From a virus (lineage: Duplodnaviria > Caudoviricetes), in the IMG/VR virus record IMGVR_UViG_3300032373_001167, positions 1-33,883 of that record: a DNA stretch of 33,883 nt. The stretch is one strand, 5' to 3'. Both the position numbers and the translations under genes were made by a program. The notes beneath the pieces were generated by a model. It did no database searches. It had not been told where the DNA came from and saw only the letters and a list, made by a program, of their open reading frames with translations. This document shows positions 16,613 to 26,651 of the stretch, piece by piece; the stretch's first letter is position 1, and the number at the start of each line of letters is the position of its first letter.

Positions 16613-17561
16613 CGCGCCACCCCCCGGTGATCGATTGCAGCGTCACCGTGATCCCGGTGCAATACGGCGCGTCGAACGGTCCGATATCCAGATCAAGCGC
16701 AGGCGAGACAAGTTCGACGTCGACAACGCCCTGCACGGCAAGCGCCGCCGCGATCGAGGTGCGAAACAGTTTGCGACCGATGCGGATGCGCCCGTTGACA
16801 AACTCTTGCGCGGCCACCTCTGCCGCTGCCTGCACTGCCGATGCGGTCTCGGGCGTGATCACATGCAGCACGGCCTCGATGGCGTAGGGCACGGGTGTCG
16901 CCGACACTACGGTCAGCTTGTCGGCCACCGGACGGCGCTTGTCGGTGGTGCAATGCGCATAGACCGCATCGATCAGATCCACCGCCGCAGTCCCGTCCCC
17001 GTCGCTCGACAGAACCACCATTTTCGGCTCTGCCGGGGGAATTGCCGGAACCAGCCCGTGGTTCGGGCCATAGACGGCAACGTCCACCACCCGGTCATCG
17101 GCATCGAGCGCCCAATACACATAGGACCCTTCGGTGCCATGCGGCGACCACGCCTCGATAACCAGTTGAATGCGCGCCCGGAATGTCGCATCGGCTTCCA
17201 TCACCGGATTGTCCGGATCGCTGTCATCCACGATTTTGCGCAACACGCCCCGATTGGCCCCGATCTGATCAAGATCATCGCCACGCGCCGTAGACAGAAA
17301 CACCGACCGCACCGCCTCGTTGATACGGTTTTCCAGATACAGTTCGCGCGCCGCCGCCGATTCACTCAGATACCGCATCGGGCTGGCGGCGATGTTTCGG
17401 GCCAGCCCGATGATTTCCACGACCTTTGCGACGCCGAAGACCTCGGTCAGCTGCGCCTCCAGTTCCACCAGACGCGCCTCGAGAATGGCTGAAAAGTTCA
17501 GAACCCCGATCGCCGTGGGATCCGGCAGTGTCGTCAGGTCCAGCGCAGCAAATCGGCTCAT
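16605..17561 (-). CDS. Baseplate J protein
   Basis: ARGDDLDQIGA, FRARIQL, GSYVYWALDAD and RPVADKLTV motifs; ATG 17561 overlaps the upstream stop. Confidence 0.93.
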   Translation of the reverse strand: MSRFAALDLTTLPDPTAIGVLNFSAILEARLVELEAQLTEVFGVAKVVEIIGLARNIAASPMRYLSESAAARELYLENRINEAVRSVFLSTARGDDLDQIGANRGVLRKIVDDSDPDNPVMEADATFRARIQLVIEAWSPHGTEGSYVYWALDADDRVVDVAVYGPNHGLVPAIPPAEPKMVVLSSDGDGTAAVDLIDAVYAHCTTDKRRPVADKLTVVSATPVPYAIEAVLHVITPETASAVQAAAEVAAQEFVNGRIRIGRKLFRTSIAAALAVQGVVDVELVSPALDLDIGPFDAPYCTGITVTLQSITGGWRDV

Positions 17562-17947
17562 GCGGCCAGCCTCCAATTGTCCACACGGTCCTGCTGGATC
17601 CGAATGGCGCGGGTTTCATCACGCACGGTCGACAGGTCGCCCAGATGCGCGTTCGGGTGATAGACGCCAGACAGAACCATGGTGATGATCCCGTCCGCTG
17701 CGCCCTCGATCTGCACATCGCTCAACTCGAAGCGTGGCTCCCAGTTCTCCAGCGCCCCGGCCACCGCCACATAGAGCGCCAGCACATTGGCGTCGTTCAT
17801 CGGCGCATCCACCAGCGCGGGAACCTCGGACCCGAAGTCGCGCCGGAACACTCGGGTATTCAGGCGCGTGGCAAGGATGGTCTGGATGCTTTGAACAACG
17901 CTGTCCCACCCTTCGACCACGCCCCCGGTGTCATGGTTCAGATCCAT
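17558..17947 (-). CDS. Baseplate wedge protein (P2 gpW / T4 gp25-like)
   Basis: QSIQTILATRLNTRVFRRDFGS and ALENWEPRF motifs. Confidence 0.92.
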   Translation of the reverse strand: MDLNHDTGGVVEGWDSVVQSIQTILATRLNTRVFRRDFGSEVPALVDAPMNDANVLALYVAVAGALENWEPRFELSDVQIEGAADGIITMVLSGVYHPNAHLGDLSTVRDETRAIRIQQDRVDNWRLAA

Positions 17948-17953
17948 CGTCGG

Positions 17954-18184
17954 TCAGCCGCCCCCTGCCCCGGCACCGCCAGCGGGCTGCTTGCGGGCGG
18001 TTTTCGGCTTGGCCTCGGCAGGCCCTGTGACCGGGCGCAGACCCGTGCCACAGGGCGGCAGGTAGTATTTCGCCTGTGCGGCGGTCAGATTGAGCCGGGA
18101 TCCAACCTCTCGATGCACGCCGCCGATCTCGCGGGCTTGCATCACCTCGTATTCGGCCAAGGCCGCTTCTTTCGATTTTTCCAT
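17954..18184 (-). CDS. Hypothetical protein (76 aa)
   Basis: GGAGA RBS; LTAAQAKY motif; co-oriented between gpV and gpW. Confidence 0.7.
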   Translation of the reverse strand: MEKSKEAALAEYEVMQAREIGGVHREVGSRLNLTAAQAKYYLPPCGTGLRPVTGPAEAKPKTARKQPAGGAGAGGG

Positions 18185-18195
18185 GTCGTTCTCCG

Positions 18196-18690
18196 TCAGT
18201 TTGGTGGGTTGGTATCGCCGGGACCGGGCGTGATCCCGCCGTGCGTATGGGTGTCGCCGATGTCCTTGCCGTTGTGCGTGACCTGTCCGCCGGTGATCGC
18301 CAGTTCCGCGCCACTGACAGTGATCGTCACGCCGCCAATTGACGCCAGCACATGCGCGTCCCCGGCCCCCGAGGGGCGCGCGTTCGCATCCGAATTCAAG
18401 CTGCCCTGAATAACCGCGTCATGCAGATCACCGCTTTCGGAGGTGATCTGCACCTGCTGCCCGACCGAGGGCGGATTATGCGTGCGGTTGGCCCCGGCAG
18501 AGGGTTCAGACCACGGGATCCAGCCGGTCAGAAACGGCGGGTCGCTGTCTAGCAGCCGCACCCGCGCCAACCCCTGCCCCGGATCGACCTCAGCCACGAC
18601 ACCGGTGCGCAACTGCGACCGCTGGCGGCGTTCGAGCTGCGAAACGCGCCGCCGCAGATCTTCGATGACTTCAGCCAGATCGCTCACCAC
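18196..18690 (-). CDS. Baseplate spike protein V (P2 gpV-like)
   Basis: RTGVVAEVD, TGWIPW and PPSVGQQV motifs; C-terminal HTH (His-x-His) metal-binding tip in THTHGG. Confidence 0.92.
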   Translation of the reverse strand: MVSDLAEVIEDLRRRVSQLERRQRSQLRTGVVAEVDPGQGLARVRLLDSDPPFLTGWIPWSEPSAGANRTHNPPSVGQQVQITSESGDLHDAVIQGSLNSDANARPSGAGDAHVLASIGGVTITVSGAELAITGGQVTHNGKDIGDTHTHGGITPGPGDTNPPN

Positions 18691-19463
18691 ACAGGCCCCC
18701 CCGCCGCATTCATACCGGTGATCGTCACGTCACGCGCGACGTCACCATAAGCATAGAGACGCAGCGCATTCGCATCGCGCGACGTCATGCCGGTCAGCTG
18801 CTCAAACTCGGCATAGGGGCCGGTATCGGCCTCACCCAACAGCATTTGAAACAGCGCCAGCTGCGGCACGCCTTCTGCCTGCATCAGCGCCAGAAACCGG
18901 GGCCATGGGCCACCCTCGGCCAGCGGCTGGCCAAGACGCGGATCCGCGAACACATCGATGCTCAGTTTGGTTTGACCCGCTGCCAGACGCACGTTTTCGG
19001 CGGCGCTGCTGGAGCGCACATGGTCCTTGGCCACATAGGCCTGAACGAAATCCCCGAACACCTGCGACCACGGGTTGTCCGGGTCCGTCAAGACACGCCC
19101 GATCTGCACGTCCAGCGCGTCGATCACCGCCTCGAAATGCGCATCGGTCGCGGGAAAGCCCTCGACGATACTGGCCTCACCGGTCGCCTTGTCAGTCTGC
19201 GCCATGGTCAGCGACACGCCGCAGTTGAACATGACATCGACCCGGCCATTCGCGCGCAGACCGGTTTGCGCCAGATCCTGCGATTTCGCGGCATCGGTAT
19301 AGACCGCGATGAACGGGCGCTGCTGATCGCTGCGCAAGCGCCCGTCCGCTGTCTGGTCGATGGCGGAAATCTGACTGTCCAGCACGTTGTCGCCGACCAG
19401 CGTGTTGCCTGCCTTCAGCGCCTGGACCGCGCAGATCCGCAAGGCCATCATCGTCAGTGACAT
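18684..19463 (-). CDS. Conserved phage structural protein (possible tail completion/terminator)
   Basis: 259 aa, coupled to both neighbours between head-tail joining and gpV genes; function inferred from position only. Confidence 0.6.
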   Translation of the reverse strand: MSLTMMALRICAVQALKAGNTLVGDNVLDSQISAIDQTADGRLRSDQQRPFIAVYTDAAKSQDLAQTGLRANGRVDVMFNCGVSLTMAQTDKATGEASIVEGFPATDAHFEAVIDALDVQIGRVLTDPDNPWSQVFGDFVQAYVAKDHVRSSSAAENVRLAAGQTKLSIDVFADPRLGQPLAEGGPWPRFLALMQAEGVPQLALFQMLLGEADTGPYAEFEQLTGMTSRDANALRLYAYGDVARDVTITGMNAAGGPVW

Positions 19464-19834
19464 CAGCTTGCATCCCCAAGTTCACAAATCAGCCGCAGGT
19501 GCGACCGGTCATCGATCGCCTGCACTTCGAATACCGGCTGGCCGTCGCGGTCCAGCGCGACGATCTTGTCGCCCTTGCGCAACACCAGATCCGGATAGGC
19601 CGCGCGGTCGATGCGCAGTATGCCACCCCCGGCCCTGATCCCGGCGCGGGCGGTGTTGCCGCGACCAAAACTCACGCGCTCTGTTTCGCGGTCGCCCGTT
19701 CGCAACGGGGCGATGAAGTCCAAAGCGACGCGCCCGGCGTCCTGTTGCCCATCAATGAGCGGCAGATGCCTGAGTGTTTCAGCCCAGACATCATCCACCT
19801 CGGCCCGCAGTTCGGCGCGCAGGGTCGTATCCAT
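19463..19834 (-). CDS. Head-tail joining protein (positional)
   Basis: 123 aa, beta-rich (LRKGDKIVAL...FEVQAIDD), TGATG-coupled. Confidence 0.6.
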   Translation of the reverse strand: MDTTLRAELRAEVDDVWAETLRHLPLIDGQQDAGRVALDFIAPLRTGDRETERVSFGRGNTARAGIRAGGGILRIDRAAYPDLVLRKGDKIVALDRDGQPVFEVQAIDDRSHLRLICELGDAS

Positions 19835-20220
19835 CAGTCAGCGGCCAACAGGGCATCGAGCGCCGCCTCGGCGGCCTCAAGCGCGGCCTGCGCCGCTTCT
19901 TCCTGATCGGTGCCGGTGACCGCCTTAAGATGCTCTTCAGCGGCGTCGACGGCCTTTTGCGCGGCAGCCATATGCTGGGCATTCCCGGTAGGCTGGCCAT
20001 CGCCGGTGGGTTTGGGTGCAGCTTTTTTCCGACCGCCACTCTTCTTGGGCGGCTCGCAAAAGTCCGCGAAGCGGTCATGCACCACGTGATCGGCATAGGC
20101 CTCCGGCAGGGCAATCGGCGCGCCAATGTTCACCTTCAAATCGGCGTCTTCGCCCGTCACCGCTGCCGGGATCGTGGCATTGGTCCGAAACGCCACCCAT
20201 TTTTTCTTCGCCGTCGCCAT
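19834..20220 (-). CDS. Hypothetical Ala/Lys-rich protein after the capsid gene (gpFI-like position)
   Basis: AAGGAG RBS before ATG 20220. Confidence 0.7.
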   Translation of the reverse strand: MATAKKKWVAFRTNATIPAAVTGEDADLKVNIGAPIALPEAYADHVVHDRFADFCEPPKKSGGRKKAAPKPTGDGQPTGNAQHMAAAQKAVDAAEEHLKAVTGTDQEEAAQAALEAAEAALDALLAAD

Positions 20221-20277
20221 GTCTGTCTCCTTTGCTGCTGAATGCCAAAACACGGGATCCGGGCTTTGGGATGCAGC

Positions 20278-20306
20278 AAGAGACCCGGCGCACGATGCGC
20301 CGAGCC
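20278..20306 (-). terminator. Post-capsid hairpin, weak terminator candidate
   Basis: GGCTCGGCGCA-tcg-TGCGCCGGGTC followed by TCTT. Confidence 0.45.
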
Positions 20307-20335
20307 TGAGTTATGATGCTGTTCAAAATTGGGGC

Positions 20336-21346
20336 TTAGGCGACGGTCAGTCGCCGCAGCGCCGCCGGGCGCGTGCAGATGTTGATCACATTCATCTGTG
20401 CGTCCAGATGCCGACCCTTGCCGTTCGGCATGGCGTATTGGCGCGCATAACGCGGCAGGCCGATGGTGTTCACCGTCTCTTCGTAATCCGCCGGGCCAAA
20501 CCGGGTCAGGAACATGTCCGGCACACCCAGCGGGACAACCCGCGCTTCATCGGCGGCAATATAGGCCACGTCACCATTGGCGGTGGTGGCCTTCTTGCCG
20601 GTGCGATAGCGTTCCCAAATCACACCTGCATACTCGAATTTGTCCGGGATGCCCTCGCGCAGCACGCTGGCCCCGGCGGTGTTCAGGAAGGTTTCGCGAA
20701 CCGTCTTCTGACCCCACAGATAGGCGTGAAAATCGCGCCCGCACATGGCGTGAATGCCCGAATAGCCTTCGTCCAGCACATCCTCGATCGCATAGACCAC
20801 ATTGTCCTTGATCAGCTTGTCGAGACCCACCACATCCCCGGCCCCGATACCCAGCGCCACGGGCGCAGGCACGGCGATGCCGAACCGGTCATAGAGATTG
20901 TGCAACACCTTGCCCGATTTCGAGACGATCAGGCCCTTGATCGCGCCGATGCGGTAGTGTTCCAGCGTGTTGTCCATTGCACGGGCGTGGCGCGATTGCT
21001 TGGCATCGATGCGCGACTGGATGGTTTCCAAGGCATCGTCGCTGCCCAACTGGCGCACACCCTGAATTTCGTCGGCATAGATCGCGTCGTTGATCTCGAA
21101 GTGGTCCATTTCAAACGGAACCTTGGTGCGGTTGGCGTCGCCGACCGTAACGCCCGGACCACCACGCGGCGTGGGTTCGATCAGGTTCAGCGCGCCGTTT
21201 TCTTCTTCAACACTGACGGTCGTGACGGACACGCCGTCTTCTTCAAACAGCCGCAGCCCGCCAATCTGGCCGGGCACAAAGGGCTGATCGTTCAGCGCAG
21301 CCGTCATGGCGATGACGCTGAACTGCGGATCGTTGAATTGTTCCAT
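20336..21346 (-). CDS. Major capsid protein (lambda gpE family)
   Basis: 336 aa; LFEEDGVS, TLEHYRIGAIKG, FGPADYEETVNTIGLP and CTRPAAL motifs; GAGGAGG RBS. Confidence 0.92.
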   Translation of the reverse strand: MEQFNDPQFSVIAMTAALNDQPFVPGQIGGLRLFEEDGVSVTTVSVEEENGALNLIEPTPRGGPGVTVGDANRTKVPFEMDHFEINDAIYADEIQGVRQLGSDDALETIQSRIDAKQSRHARAMDNTLEHYRIGAIKGLIVSKSGKVLHNLYDRFGIAVPAPVALGIGAGDVVGLDKLIKDNVVYAIEDVLDEGYSGIHAMCGRDFHAYLWGQKTVRETFLNTAGASVLREGIPDKFEYAGVIWERYRTGKKATTANGDVAYIAADEARVVPLGVPDMFLTRFGPADYEETVNTIGLPRYARQYAMPNGKGRHLDAQMNVINICTRPAALRRLTVA

Positions 21347-21356
21347 AATCGCCTCC

Positions 21357-21740
21357 TCAGCGAGCGCGGATGCCGACAGCGTTCAGCTGCGCGAGTTTGG
21401 CATCGGTTTTGGTTTGGTCATCGACAGAGGCATCGAAGGACAGCATCGGCAGTTTGGCCTCGGCATCGCGATCGATGATTGTCACCGCGACATCTGCCGT
21501 GGTCGCGTCGATCCCGTATGCCAGAATCGCCGTCGCGGTTTCAGCGCCCTCCTTGCCGACGACCACGACATTCGGCGATGGGATGAAGTTCCCCGCCGTC
21601 GCGGTCAATTCGCCCAAGACGGTGCCCGCCGCGACCTTTCCGGTGCCCGAAGGGATGGTGGCCGTCGCCCGCGAACGCCGCCCGCTGGCCTCGGACAACA
21701 GGAACGACAGGGCGCGGGTCTGCATGGTGGAGTTTTCCAT
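21357..21740 (-). CDS. Head decoration protein (lambda gpD-like)
   Basis: FLLSEASGRRSR, AGTVLG and GAETATAIL motifs; lies between protease and capsid genes. Confidence 0.88.
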   Translation of the reverse strand: MENSTMQTRALSFLLSEASGRRSRATATIPSGTGKVAAGTVLGELTATAGNFIPSPNVVVVGKEGAETATAILAYGIDATTADVAVTIIDRDAEAKLPMLSFDASVDDQTKTDAKLAQLNAVGIRAR

Positions 21741-21743
21741 GGC

Positions 21744-22796
21744 TTAGGCCTCCTTTGCGGCGCGACGGGCGGCGTAGATGCCACCCGTGTTGATTGCGGC
21801 TTTGGGTTTCGGTGCACCACTCGGTGCGGGCGGCGCGAGGTCCGAGGCAGCGCTCCGGCCCGCCTGATAGGCGGTCGGATCCGGGGTGTCGGGATCCGCC
21901 ACGGGCGCGTCGGTTGCCGCCGCCTTCAGGGTGGCGATTGCCTCCTCGGTGGGCATATCCGTGTCAAAGGCCAGATGCTTTGCAAGCGCCTGATGGCCAG
22001 TCGCGGCGGCATCCTCGGTGATCGCCTTGATGCGGGCTTTCACATCGGCGGCGCTGGTTTCGGGGGTGGTTGCCACCGGTTCGGCGGGCGTCGGGTCCGC
22101 AACTGCGGGCTTGGGTGCCATTGGGGATGTCTCCTTTTGATGGGCTTTGGATTGCGCGGCATTTGCCGCAGAGCGATGCACGGCCTCGAAGGACCACTTT
22201 TTCTTCTTCGCCATCGCCACGAGTTTTTTCGGCGCATGGGCGTAGACGCGGTAATCAAAGGCCGCGATGGCCTTGGCCTTGCCGCCCTCTGTATCCGTCG
22301 CGAAGCCGCGCTCGACGGCTTCCTCGCCGTTCAGCCAAAGCTCCGACTTCATGTCGTCGCGAATGTCGGTGGCATCCTCACCGGACTGTTCGGCGTAGAT
22401 GTCGGCCATCAGATCCGCGAGTTTATCCAGCTGCGCGGTTGATTTCTTGTGGTCCCCCGCATCGCCCCAGGTGAACTTGGCGGGGTCGTGGATCATCATC
22501 AGGGAACCGGCCCGCATGGTGATGCTGTCCCCGGCCATGGCGATGATCGATGCCGAGGACGCCGCGACCGCATCCACGACAACCGACACCTCGCCGCGAT
22601 GCGCCGTCAGGGAATTGTAGATCGCGATGCCGTCATCGGCATATCCACCGCCGGAATTGATGCGCACGGTGACATCCGCGTCCCGCCCCAACATGGCCAG
22701 TGCGTCGATGACCTGGCTGGCCGTGAACCCTTCGTCCCAGAAATCTTCACCAACAAACCCGTAGAGCACGAGTTCGCCATCCACCAAGATGGACAT
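21744..22796 (-). CDS. ClpP-like prohead protease with C-terminal scaffold region
   Basis: RINSGGG, AASSASII (Ser), MMIHDP (His) and ELWLNGEEAVERGFA motifs; Ala/Pro-rich C-terminus. Confidence 0.92.
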   Translation of the reverse strand: MSILVDGELVLYGFVGEDFWDEGFTASQVIDALAMLGRDADVTVRINSGGGYADDGIAIYNSLTAHRGEVSVVVDAVAASSASIIAMAGDSITMRAGSLMMIHDPAKFTWGDAGDHKKSTAQLDKLADLMADIYAEQSGEDATDIRDDMKSELWLNGEEAVERGFATDTEGGKAKAIAAFDYRVYAHAPKKLVAMAKKKKWSFEAVHRSAANAAQSKAHQKETSPMAPKPAVADPTPAEPVATTPETSAADVKARIKAITEDAAATGHQALAKHLAFDTDMPTEEAIATLKAAATDAPVADPDTPDPTAYQAGRSAASDLAPPAPSGAPKPKAAINTGGIYAARRAAKEA

Positions 22797-22850
22797 GTTT
22801 CTCTCCTTGAATGATTGGGCCTTGCTGCGCCCACCGAGGGCACAGTCAGA

Positions 22851-23111
22851 TCAGATAAAGTGAAACCGCTTGGCGAACCGCGTGCGCCCTGCCCCGCCGT
22901 TTTTGCGGCGGCACTCGGCTTCGTATTCGGCGATCATCGCCTTGAGATCGGTCAGATTGGCGCGCTGAAACGTGACCTCTTCGCCATCGATCCGCACGGT
23001 CTCGCGCATTTGCCCGGCACTCAGACGGATACGCACCTTGCGCAACGCCGTGGCCATCGCGCAGGGATCGCTGATATCCACCTGATCGGTGCCGACCTTC
23101 ATCACACTCAT
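22851..23111 (-). CDS. Head completion protein (lambda gpW-like)
   Basis: 86 aa; GEEVTFQRANLTDLKAMIAEYE pattern; ATGA-coupled to the portal gene. Confidence 0.7.
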   Translation of the reverse strand: MSVMKVGTDQVDISDPCAMATALRKVRIRLSAGQMRETVRIDGEEVTFQRANLTDLKAMIAEYEAECRRKNGGAGRTRFAKRFHFI

Positions 23112-24688
23112 GGTGCAGGCTCCGTCTCAATGATTGCCTGACCGGCGCGTGGCGCATAAGGCGATACCATACCGGCGTCGACATAGCGCGCGTGCTCGCG
23201 CTGGCGTTCCTCAAATAGTGCGTCCGGGTCGACACCCAGATCGCCGGTTTCAATGGCGATGGAACTCGTGCCGTTTTCCAGCCGCTCGCTCGACGCCCGC
23301 GCGGATTTCAGATCGTCCGCCGTGGGCTTCGCCGGGCCTTGCCAGTTGGCCGTGCAGATCCGGTCGCGATTGGCCCGGAACGCCCGGTATCCACCCCGGA
23401 ACGGTATGCGTCCCTCGCCGATTTCCTCATCCAGCCAATTGGCAAAGACCATCTGGCACATCGGTGCGGCGATGCGTTCGCGGCGGCGCATCACCACCGC
23501 CCAGATGCTGGCGTTTTCCATCCGAACGCTGGAATAGGTCGCGTTGGTGTGATCCATCGTCAAACCGCCGTAAGTGATCCCGATTGTCCGCGCCATGTCG
23601 CGCGCCAGCGCATTCGAGAACGGCAAAAAATCCTTGCCCGGCACATTGGCGGTTTCCAGCCCCAGCTTTTCACCCGGCCCCAGATGCGACACCTGCGGAT
23701 CGGCACCGACCGAGATCCGGCTTTCCGCTGCCCGGTCCAGCTGCGAACCCAGATATCCCAGATACTCCTTGGCATAACCCTCGCCGCCTTCGTTTTCCTT
23801 CAGCACCTCCAGCGCCTCATAGGCGTCCTGACTGGGTGCCTCGGAGGTCAGCGTGATCGCAAAAACCGTTTGCAGGATCGCCATCTGCAGGGTCGCATCA
23901 TCCAGCATCTCGGCTTGGATATGCTTGCGAAACGCCGGTGCCAGTTGCGAAATTCCACGCACGTCCTCGGAATCCATCGGATCGAAAATATGCATGACCA
24001 ACGGGCGGCCATCGCGATCATAGGCCGCGTAGTCCCGCGTGTTCTTCAGGCCGCTGACCGACGTCTGAAACCGGTATCCGACGGCACGCCCGTTTTCGTC
24101 ATGGCTGACGCCCTGAAACAGGCCCAGCATCGGGTTGGTGTCCTGCACCAATCGGGTCGGCGGATAGAGCCGCAGTTTCGTCCCCGAGCGGATCCCGTAG
24201 CGTGCCCGCGTGTCAGGCGCGAAATAGTCGAACACGCCGGTCACTTCGCCGTAAGCGATATGCCACCGCAGCGCGATATCGACCATCTGCGCGCCGGTCA
24301 GCTTGCCGCGCATGTCGCACTCACGCGCCGATCCCCAGAAGCCCCGCCACCGTTTCTTGATCAACCGGATCCACTCGGCCTTTTGCGCGTCGTCATATCC
24401 CAGACCGGTCAGATCGGGATCGGGGGCCAATGTCAGACCAACACCAACGGTATCGGCCAGCACCTGATCCACCGCTCCTTTCAACCGGCCCGAGTTCTGG
24501 ATCAGATCCATTGCCAGCCCGGCGGCGCGCGTCCATGACCGGCGGACATCATCCCGGTGGCTGGTCAGCGGTGCGACGCGCGACGCGATCACGCCGCTCT
24601 TGGTGTCACGCATATAGCGGGCGGTCATGCGCCCACCGCGCTGCGCTGCAATCAGCGGCGTCCCATCTGGTTTGATCAAACCGCTCAT
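23108..24688 (-). CDS. Portal protein (lambda gpB family)
   Basis: RGISQLAP, DHTNATYSSVRM and WLDEEI motifs; ATG 24688 overlaps the terminase stop. Confidence 0.93.
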   Translation of the reverse strand: MSGLIKPDGTPLIAAQRGGRMTARYMRDTKSGVIASRVAPLTSHRDDVRRSWTRAAGLAMDLIQNSGRLKGAVDQVLADTVGVGLTLAPDPDLTGLGYDDAQKAEWIRLIKKRWRGFWGSARECDMRGKLTGAQMVDIALRWHIAYGEVTGVFDYFAPDTRARYGIRSGTKLRLYPPTRLVQDTNPMLGLFQGVSHDENGRAVGYRFQTSVSGLKNTRDYAAYDRDGRPLVMHIFDPMDSEDVRGISQLAPAFRKHIQAEMLDDATLQMAILQTVFAITLTSEAPSQDAYEALEVLKENEGGEGYAKEYLGYLGSQLDRAAESRISVGADPQVSHLGPGEKLGLETANVPGKDFLPFSNALARDMARTIGITYGGLTMDHTNATYSSVRMENASIWAVVMRRRERIAAPMCQMVFANWLDEEIGEGRIPFRGGYRAFRANRDRICTANWQGPAKPTADDLKSARASSERLENGTSSIAIETGDLGVDPDALFEERQREHARYVDAGMVSPYAPRAGQAIIETEPAP

Positions 24689-26649
24689 CGCGTCCTGTTT
24701 CTCCATTTCGATCGCGCCGCCGCCTTTTCCGGCGTGGCAGGTGTCTCGGCCTCAGGTGCCTGTGTCTCAGCTGGCGCCGGTTTCGCCGCCATCAGCAGAT
24801 CCTCGAAATCACCCTGCGCATCGTCGGGTGCGCATTCGCGCTCGGCCATCAGCCGATCCCATTCGCTATCCGGCAGGTTACGAACGCCCAACCGAATGGC
24901 TGCGGCCTCGGCCTGCAGATGAGTGTCCAACCCCTCGTTGGCCTGGTTCGGATCCTTGACCCACAGATACCGGGTGAACCCCGATTTGGCGCGCTGCGCC
25001 TTGCGCGACTCCGCCGTCATCTGGCGATAGAACTCATCCTCCAAGCCCTTTGGCAGCGCGACATAGCCACGCTCCTCCGGGTCGGTTTTGCGGATGTTGC
25101 GATAAAGGCCCATTTTCAGAACCGAGGACGCAAAATTGTAGAACCGCTTCGAGTAGCGCACGATCTTGCCGCGCCGGTTGCGCTCTTTTGTCACCTTCGC
25201 CAGCAGCGGCGCGGTCTCGGACGGCACGCCGCGCACCATGATCACCCGGCTGGCCGGATGCTTGCGGGTGAAATCCCACACATCTTCGGTGTAGGCGTTG
25301 CCATCAATGGCCAGCAGGTCGATCTCGATCTTGCGACCGTAAGCGTTGCGAAATCCCTGTTTCAACAGCCCGCCCAGCTTGGCCTGACAGCCCTCATCCG
25401 CGATATGCCCGGCAAACACGCCGTATTCCACGATGGCGCGGCGGCGCTTCAGCCCCCAGGCCACCACCTGCCACTCAACCCGGTCACCCTGGCAATCAAC
25501 GCCGCAGGTCAGCAGCGGATAGCCCGCCGGGATGGTCCCATGGACGTAATCAGACTCCGACGCGCGATCGCGAATGTCCTCCCATGACGGGGCTTCGCCC
25601 AGAATGCGATAGGCTTTGCCAACGGTATCGTTCCAGAACGACTGCTCCTTGGGTGGGTCGCCCTTCGCCGCCAGCCACGACCGCGCGATCTGCTCGAACC
25701 TCTGAAGCAGCGAATACGCGGACCACAGATAAAACGACCGATGATACCGCTGCATTTTCGGGTTGCGCGCCACCCAGCGTGCACCCCGCAGCATCTTTGG
25801 CCGGTGATATTCTTCAATCGTCGCGCCGCAGGCCTCGCAGTTGAAACACGCTTTCTCCGGATGATCCTCGTCCAGATTGGACAAGAAATTCTCCCACTCC
25901 AACGTCTGCATATGCCCACAGTCATCGTCCGGACAGGGAACCTCCAGCACCTCTTGGCTGCCCATCTCATAGCTTTTGGTGATCCGACACCCCGGCACCA
26001 CCATCGGCGTGCTGATCTTGAAGATCTTGGCAAAATCGACGCCCTGACTTCGGCTGTCGGCCTGCGTTTCAGGATCGCCCGCCGCGTTCATATCCCATTT
26101 CGCGAGGTCATCCTGCACCTGCCGCGCCATGGTCACCTGACTCAACGAGGCCGGTGAATTTGCACCCGAGATCTGGATCGCGCCGCGACCGTCGCGCCGC
26201 TCTTTGTAAAACACCGAATCCAGCCCGTCGCGGGCTTTCATCGGGAAGATCTTGCGCAGCGCCGAGGTGCCCTTCAGCATCGGCGCCAGTTTCATTTTCG
26301 ACCAGCGCCGCGCGTTTTCGTCCGTTGGATGGACATACAGAAAATCGGCGGGGTCCATATCCATCGACCCGCCGGTGAAGATATTGGCCAGCACCGTGCC
26401 GCCCAGTTGCGCCGATTTCGACAACGTCACGATCCGGCAGGGATCGTCGGGCGACAGCGCCCGCAGGATCTCGTCGAAATAGCTGAACCGCTCGCGATTG
26501 TATGGCCCCGGAAACTGCGGGCTTTCGCGTTTGGAAAAGACAATGTTTTCCTCGGCCCAGGTCAGGTAATCGACCGGCGGCGGCGGTGCCAGAACATCCG
26601 ACAGCACGTCATGCGCCACCCATGCGGCATTGGTCACGGCGATATTCAT
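24685..26649 (-). CDS. terL: Terminase large subunit (lambda gpA family)
   Basis: Deviant Walker A KSAQLGGT, KISTP, Zn-ribbon Cys pairs, LTCGVDCQ and NEGLD nuclease motifs. Confidence 0.96.
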   Translation of the reverse strand: MNIAVTNAAWVAHDVLSDVLAPPPPVDYLTWAEENIVFSKRESPQFPGPYNRERFSYFDEILRALSPDDPCRIVTLSKSAQLGGTVLANIFTGGSMDMDPADFLYVHPTDENARRWSKMKLAPMLKGTSALRKIFPMKARDGLDSVFYKERRDGRGAIQISGANSPASLSQVTMARQVQDDLAKWDMNAAGDPETQADSRSQGVDFAKIFKISTPMVVPGCRITKSYEMGSQEVLEVPCPDDDCGHMQTLEWENFLSNLDEDHPEKACFNCEACGATIEEYHRPKMLRGARWVARNPKMQRYHRSFYLWSAYSLLQRFEQIARSWLAAKGDPPKEQSFWNDTVGKAYRILGEAPSWEDIRDRASESDYVHGTIPAGYPLLTCGVDCQGDRVEWQVVAWGLKRRRAIVEYGVFAGHIADEGCQAKLGGLLKQGFRNAYGRKIEIDLLAIDGNAYTEDVWDFTRKHPASRVIMVRGVPSETAPLLAKVTKERNRRGKIVRYSKRFYNFASSVLKMGLYRNIRKTDPEERGYVALPKGLEDEFYRQMTAESRKAQRAKSGFTRYLWVKDPNQANEGLDTHLQAEAAAIRLGVRNLPDSEWDRLMAERECAPDDAQGDFEDLLMAAKPAPAETQAPEAETPATPEKAAARSKWRNRTR

Positions 26650-26651
26650 TC

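Noticed and set aside
12440-25587. Other long plus-strand ORFs (12440-13753, 16476-17492, 20126-21478, 21306-22442, 23339-24538, 24919-25587)
   Set aside because: All mirror recognisable minus-strand structural genes and have no RBS or domain support.
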